Source: a virus
Lineage: Duplodnaviria > Caudoviricetes
Direction: 5' to 3' (one strand)
Virus record (IMG/VR): IMGVR_UViG_3300032074_000028
Location: 1 to 24,716 of that record
DNA length: 24,716 nucleotides
Positions 22,181 through 24,716 of this stretch are shown in pieces. The position numbers and the translations under genes were made by a program. The notes beneath the pieces are model-generated. The model made no database searches, was not told the origin of the DNA, and saw only the letters and a program-made list of their open reading frames with translations. Within the stretch, counting starts at the first letter, position 1; the number at the start of each line of letters is the position of its first letter.

Positions 22181-24043
22181 TTGACCATGCCACAGTCTGC
22201 TGCGCCGATCCACGCCCGCGTTCAGCAGATGAAGCGCCAGGCCATCGAGCGGGACGTCCGGATGATGACCATTCAGATGGTCCGCGCGGGCAAGCCCGAG
22301 CTCCTCTTTCCGGATCTGTTTAACGACACCTGGAAGAAGTCGATCGTCGCCAACTGGATCGACTCCGTGGCACGCGACTTCGCCGAGATGATCGCCCCAC
22401 TGCCCGCCCTGAACTGCTCTAGCCGTGCGATGAAGACCGACGCGGACAAGGCCAAGGCGCAGAAGAAGAACGTCATCGGCACGCACTACTGGCGCGAGTC
22501 GAACCTGGCCGCGCACATGTACTCCTACTGCGACGCCTACCTGTCCTACGGCTTCGCCCCGCTGTACGCGGAGCCGGACTACGAGGCCTCGATGCCCCGG
22601 ATCCGGGCCGAGGATCCGCGAGGGTTCTACTACGAGAACGACCGGCTTGGCCGGACGCTGCGCATCGCCAAGTGCTACAAGGAGCCGGTCTCCAAGGTGG
22701 CGGCCCTGTTCCCCGAGCACGCCGCCCGGATCATGACGAAGATCGACCAGTTCGGCCAGGTCACCACGTGCCTGCCGGACGAGACGATCGAGATCGTCCG
22801 GTACTGCGACGACAAGCAGTGGCTGCTGTACCTGCCGGACCGGCAGAACCTGGTGGTCTCGGCCTACGACAACCCGATCGGGCGCTGCCCGTTCGCGGTC
22901 GCCGAGCGGCCCGGCCTGTTCGGTGAGCCGGTCGGCCAGTACGACGGCGTGATCTGGGTGCAGCTGGCCCGGCACCGGATGGCCCTGCTCGGCCTGGAGG
23001 CCGGCGTCAAGGCCGTCGGCGCCCCGCTCGCGGTCCCCAGGGACATGGTCGAGATCGCCGTGGGCCCGGATGCGGTGCTGCAGACCGACAACCCGGACAA
23101 GATCCGGCGCGTCGGCATCGAGGTCCCCAACTCCACCTTCGCCCTGCAGGAGACCCTGGAGAAGGAACTCCGCATGGGCGCCCGCTACCCCGAGGGGCGC
23201 GCGGGTGGCATGGACGCCTCGGTCATCACCGGCCGGGGCGTGCAGGCGCTGATGGGGTCCTTCGACACCCAGGTGCAGACGGCGCAGAAGGTGATCGGCC
23301 AGGCGCTGGCCAAGGCCACCGAGTTCGCCTTCGAGATGGACTGCAAGATCTGGCCGAACCGCACGAAGCGGATCACCGGCAACAGCCAGGGCGAGCCCTA
23401 CGACCTCACCTACAAGCCGGTCTCCGCGATCGGCGACAACTACTCCGTCGACGTCACCTACGGCTTCGCGGCCGGGCTGGCGCCCAACGCCGCCACGGTG
23501 ATGATGCTGCAGCTGCGCGGGGACGGCCTGATCGACAGGTCCACGGTGCGTAAGCACCTGCCCTTCGACATCGACGACGAGCGGATGCAGCGGGCGATGG
23601 ACGTCGAGTCCACCGCCGACGCCCTCAAGCAGGGCCTCAACGGCCTGCTGCAGGGGCTGGGGCCGATGGCCGCCCAGGGGATGGACCCGCGCCCGTTCCT
23701 GCGCGCGGCGGCCATGATCATCAAGGGTCGGCAGAACGGCCAGGAGCTCGAGCAGTTGTTCATCGACGCGTTCGCGCCGGAGAACATGGCCGACCCCAAG
23801 GCCGCCGACGCCGAGGAGAACGGCGAGCAGCAGGCCGGAGCCCCGGCCGCCGGAGGGGCCTCCGCCGCGGACGGCGCCCTCCCCGGTCAGGACCCGGTCT
23901 CCGGCCTGCCCGAGGGGATCGTACCCGGCCAGGCCGGGCTCAAGCCGGGCGGCGCCCCTGACCTGCAGACGCTGGTCGCGGGCCTACGCAACGGCAGTCC
24001 GCAGCTGAACGCGAGTGTGAGCAGGAGGCTTCCGACAGGATGA
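22181..24043 (+). CDS. Portal (head-tail connector) protein
   Basis: ~620 aa directly after terL, GAGGGAG RBS, portal-like helical composition and a low-complexity C-terminal tail. Start may be ATG 22187. Confidence 0.8.
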   Translation: MTMPQSAAPIHARVQQMKRQAIERDVRMMTIQMVRAGKPELLFPDLFNDTWKKSIVANWIDSVARDFAEMIAPLPALNCSSRAMKTDADKAKAQKKNVIGTHYWRESNLAAHMYSYCDAYLSYGFAPLYAEPDYEASMPRIRAEDPRGFYYENDRLGRTLRIAKCYKEPVSKVAALFPEHAARIMTKIDQFGQVTTCLPDETIEIVRYCDDKQWLLYLPDRQNLVVSAYDNPIGRCPFAVAERPGLFGEPVGQYDGVIWVQLARHRMALLGLEAGVKAVGAPLAVPRDMVEIAVGPDAVLQTDNPDKIRRVGIEVPNSTFALQETLEKELRMGARYPEGRAGGMDASVITGRGVQALMGSFDTQVQTAQKVIGQALAKATEFAFEMDCKIWPNRTKRITGNSQGEPYDLTYKPVSAIGDNYSVDVTYGFAAGLAPNAATVMMLQLRGDGLIDRSTVRKHLPFDIDDERMQRAMDVESTADALKQGLNGLLQGLGPMAAQGMDPRPFLRAAAMIIKGRQNGQELEQLFIDAFAPENMADPKAADAEENGEQQAGAPAAGGASAADGALPGQDPVSGLPEGIVPGQAGLKPGGAPDLQTLVAGLRNGSPQLNASVSRRLPTG

Positions 24044-24423
24044 CCGCACCGATCGACCCGATCGGGGCCAGCGGCCCCGGTGCGATGAGCCAGCGGATCG
24101 ACAAGCAGCCGATGCGGGCCGTCACTGGCCTGCCCTACGGCCAGGGCCAGCAGCTGATGGCCCAGCAGGCGGCCGCCCCGATGGCGGCCACCCCGCTGCC
24201 GCCACCGCCCCCCGAGCTGCACGCGCCCACCCAGCGCCCCGGCGAACCCGTCACGCACGGCGCCGACGCGGGGCCGGGCGCGGACTCCTCGATCCTCAGT
24301 ATGACTCCCGGCCTGCCCGCTACGGGCGGGGCCGTTTCCCAGGCGATCTCCAGGGCCGCTGCCGCCGACACCTCCGGGGTGCTGCAGCAGCTCCTGCTCG
24401 CCGCACAGCAGAGAGGGCTCTAG
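24040..24423 (+). CDS. Hypothetical virion-module protein (127 aa)
   Basis: ATGA overlap; SGPGAMSQR and PTQRPGEPVTHGADAGPG motifs. Confidence 0.8.
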   Translation: MTAPIDPIGASGPGAMSQRIDKQPMRAVTGLPYGQGQQLMAQQAAAPMAATPLPPPPPELHAPTQRPGEPVTHGADAGPGADSSILSMTPGLPATGGAVSQAISRAAAADTSGVLQQLLLAAQQRGL

Positions 24424-24429
24424 CCGCAC

Positions 24430-24716
24430 ATGACCAGCCCCGACCAGTTCACCTCCCGGCTCTCCGCTGCCGGGACCGCTGTCGGGGCCGACAAGCCCCA
24501 GCTGGCGCTGACCCTGGCCCAGTCGGACCTGTCACACGGCGAGATCCAGGCGGTCGGTGGCTTCGCTCAGGCGATGCAGCTGGCCACCGCCAACAAGCTG
24601 GCGCTGGACTCGGGCGCCAAGACGAACTACTCGGCGACTGAGCAGAACTCGCTGACCGCGATCAACGAGCCCATGCCCAACCAGCCCGCGCCCAAGAACG
24701 TCGACTCCCGGTCCTT
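24430..24716 (+). CDS. Start of a further structural-module gene (partial)
   Basis: ATG 24430, MTSPDQFTSRLSAAG..., open to the end of the window. Confidence 0.75.
   Translation, partial: MTSPDQFTSRLSAAGTAVGADKPQLALTLAQSDLSHGEIQAVGGFAQAMQLATANKLALDSGAKTNYSATEQNSLTAINEPMPNQPAPKNVDSRS

Noticed and set aside
21022-23557. Long minus-strand ORFs (388 and 511 aa)
   Set aside because: Antisense shadows of terL and portal.

Overview
High-GC (~70%) segment of an actinobacteriophage genome or prophage with two divergent arms. The left arm (minus strand, ~17075 to 1) starts with an early region of small genes, including a DUF4192-like gene, a DUF3846-like gene, Zn-finger proteins, a C5 DNA methyltransferase, and RHH and HTH proteins. 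It continues into a replication/recombination operon (RecB/Cas4-like exonuclease, DnaB-like helicase, endonuclease VII, split primase, metallophosphoesterase, sigma-like protein, small lipoprotein) and ends with a separately promoted tyrosine recombinase that runs off the window. A ~1 kb non-coding control or genome-end region (17076-18085) separates the arms. The right arm (plus strand) carries a beta-rich virion-like protein, a structured non-coding stretch with a degenerate tRNA, the terminase large subunit, the portal and further structural genes. The most unusual signal is a set of seven 51-57 nt tRNA-like elements with no anticodon arm (acceptor-like stem, D-like hairpin, T-arm, mostly ACNN tail). 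One lies downstream of the stop codon at each of seven successive intergenic junctions of the early region. Most are followed by a second hairpin (often with an AUCGG loop) and a conserved start-associated sequence. This suggests tRNA-mimic punctuation or processing of the early transcript. All assignments come from manual motif reading; no database searches were run.
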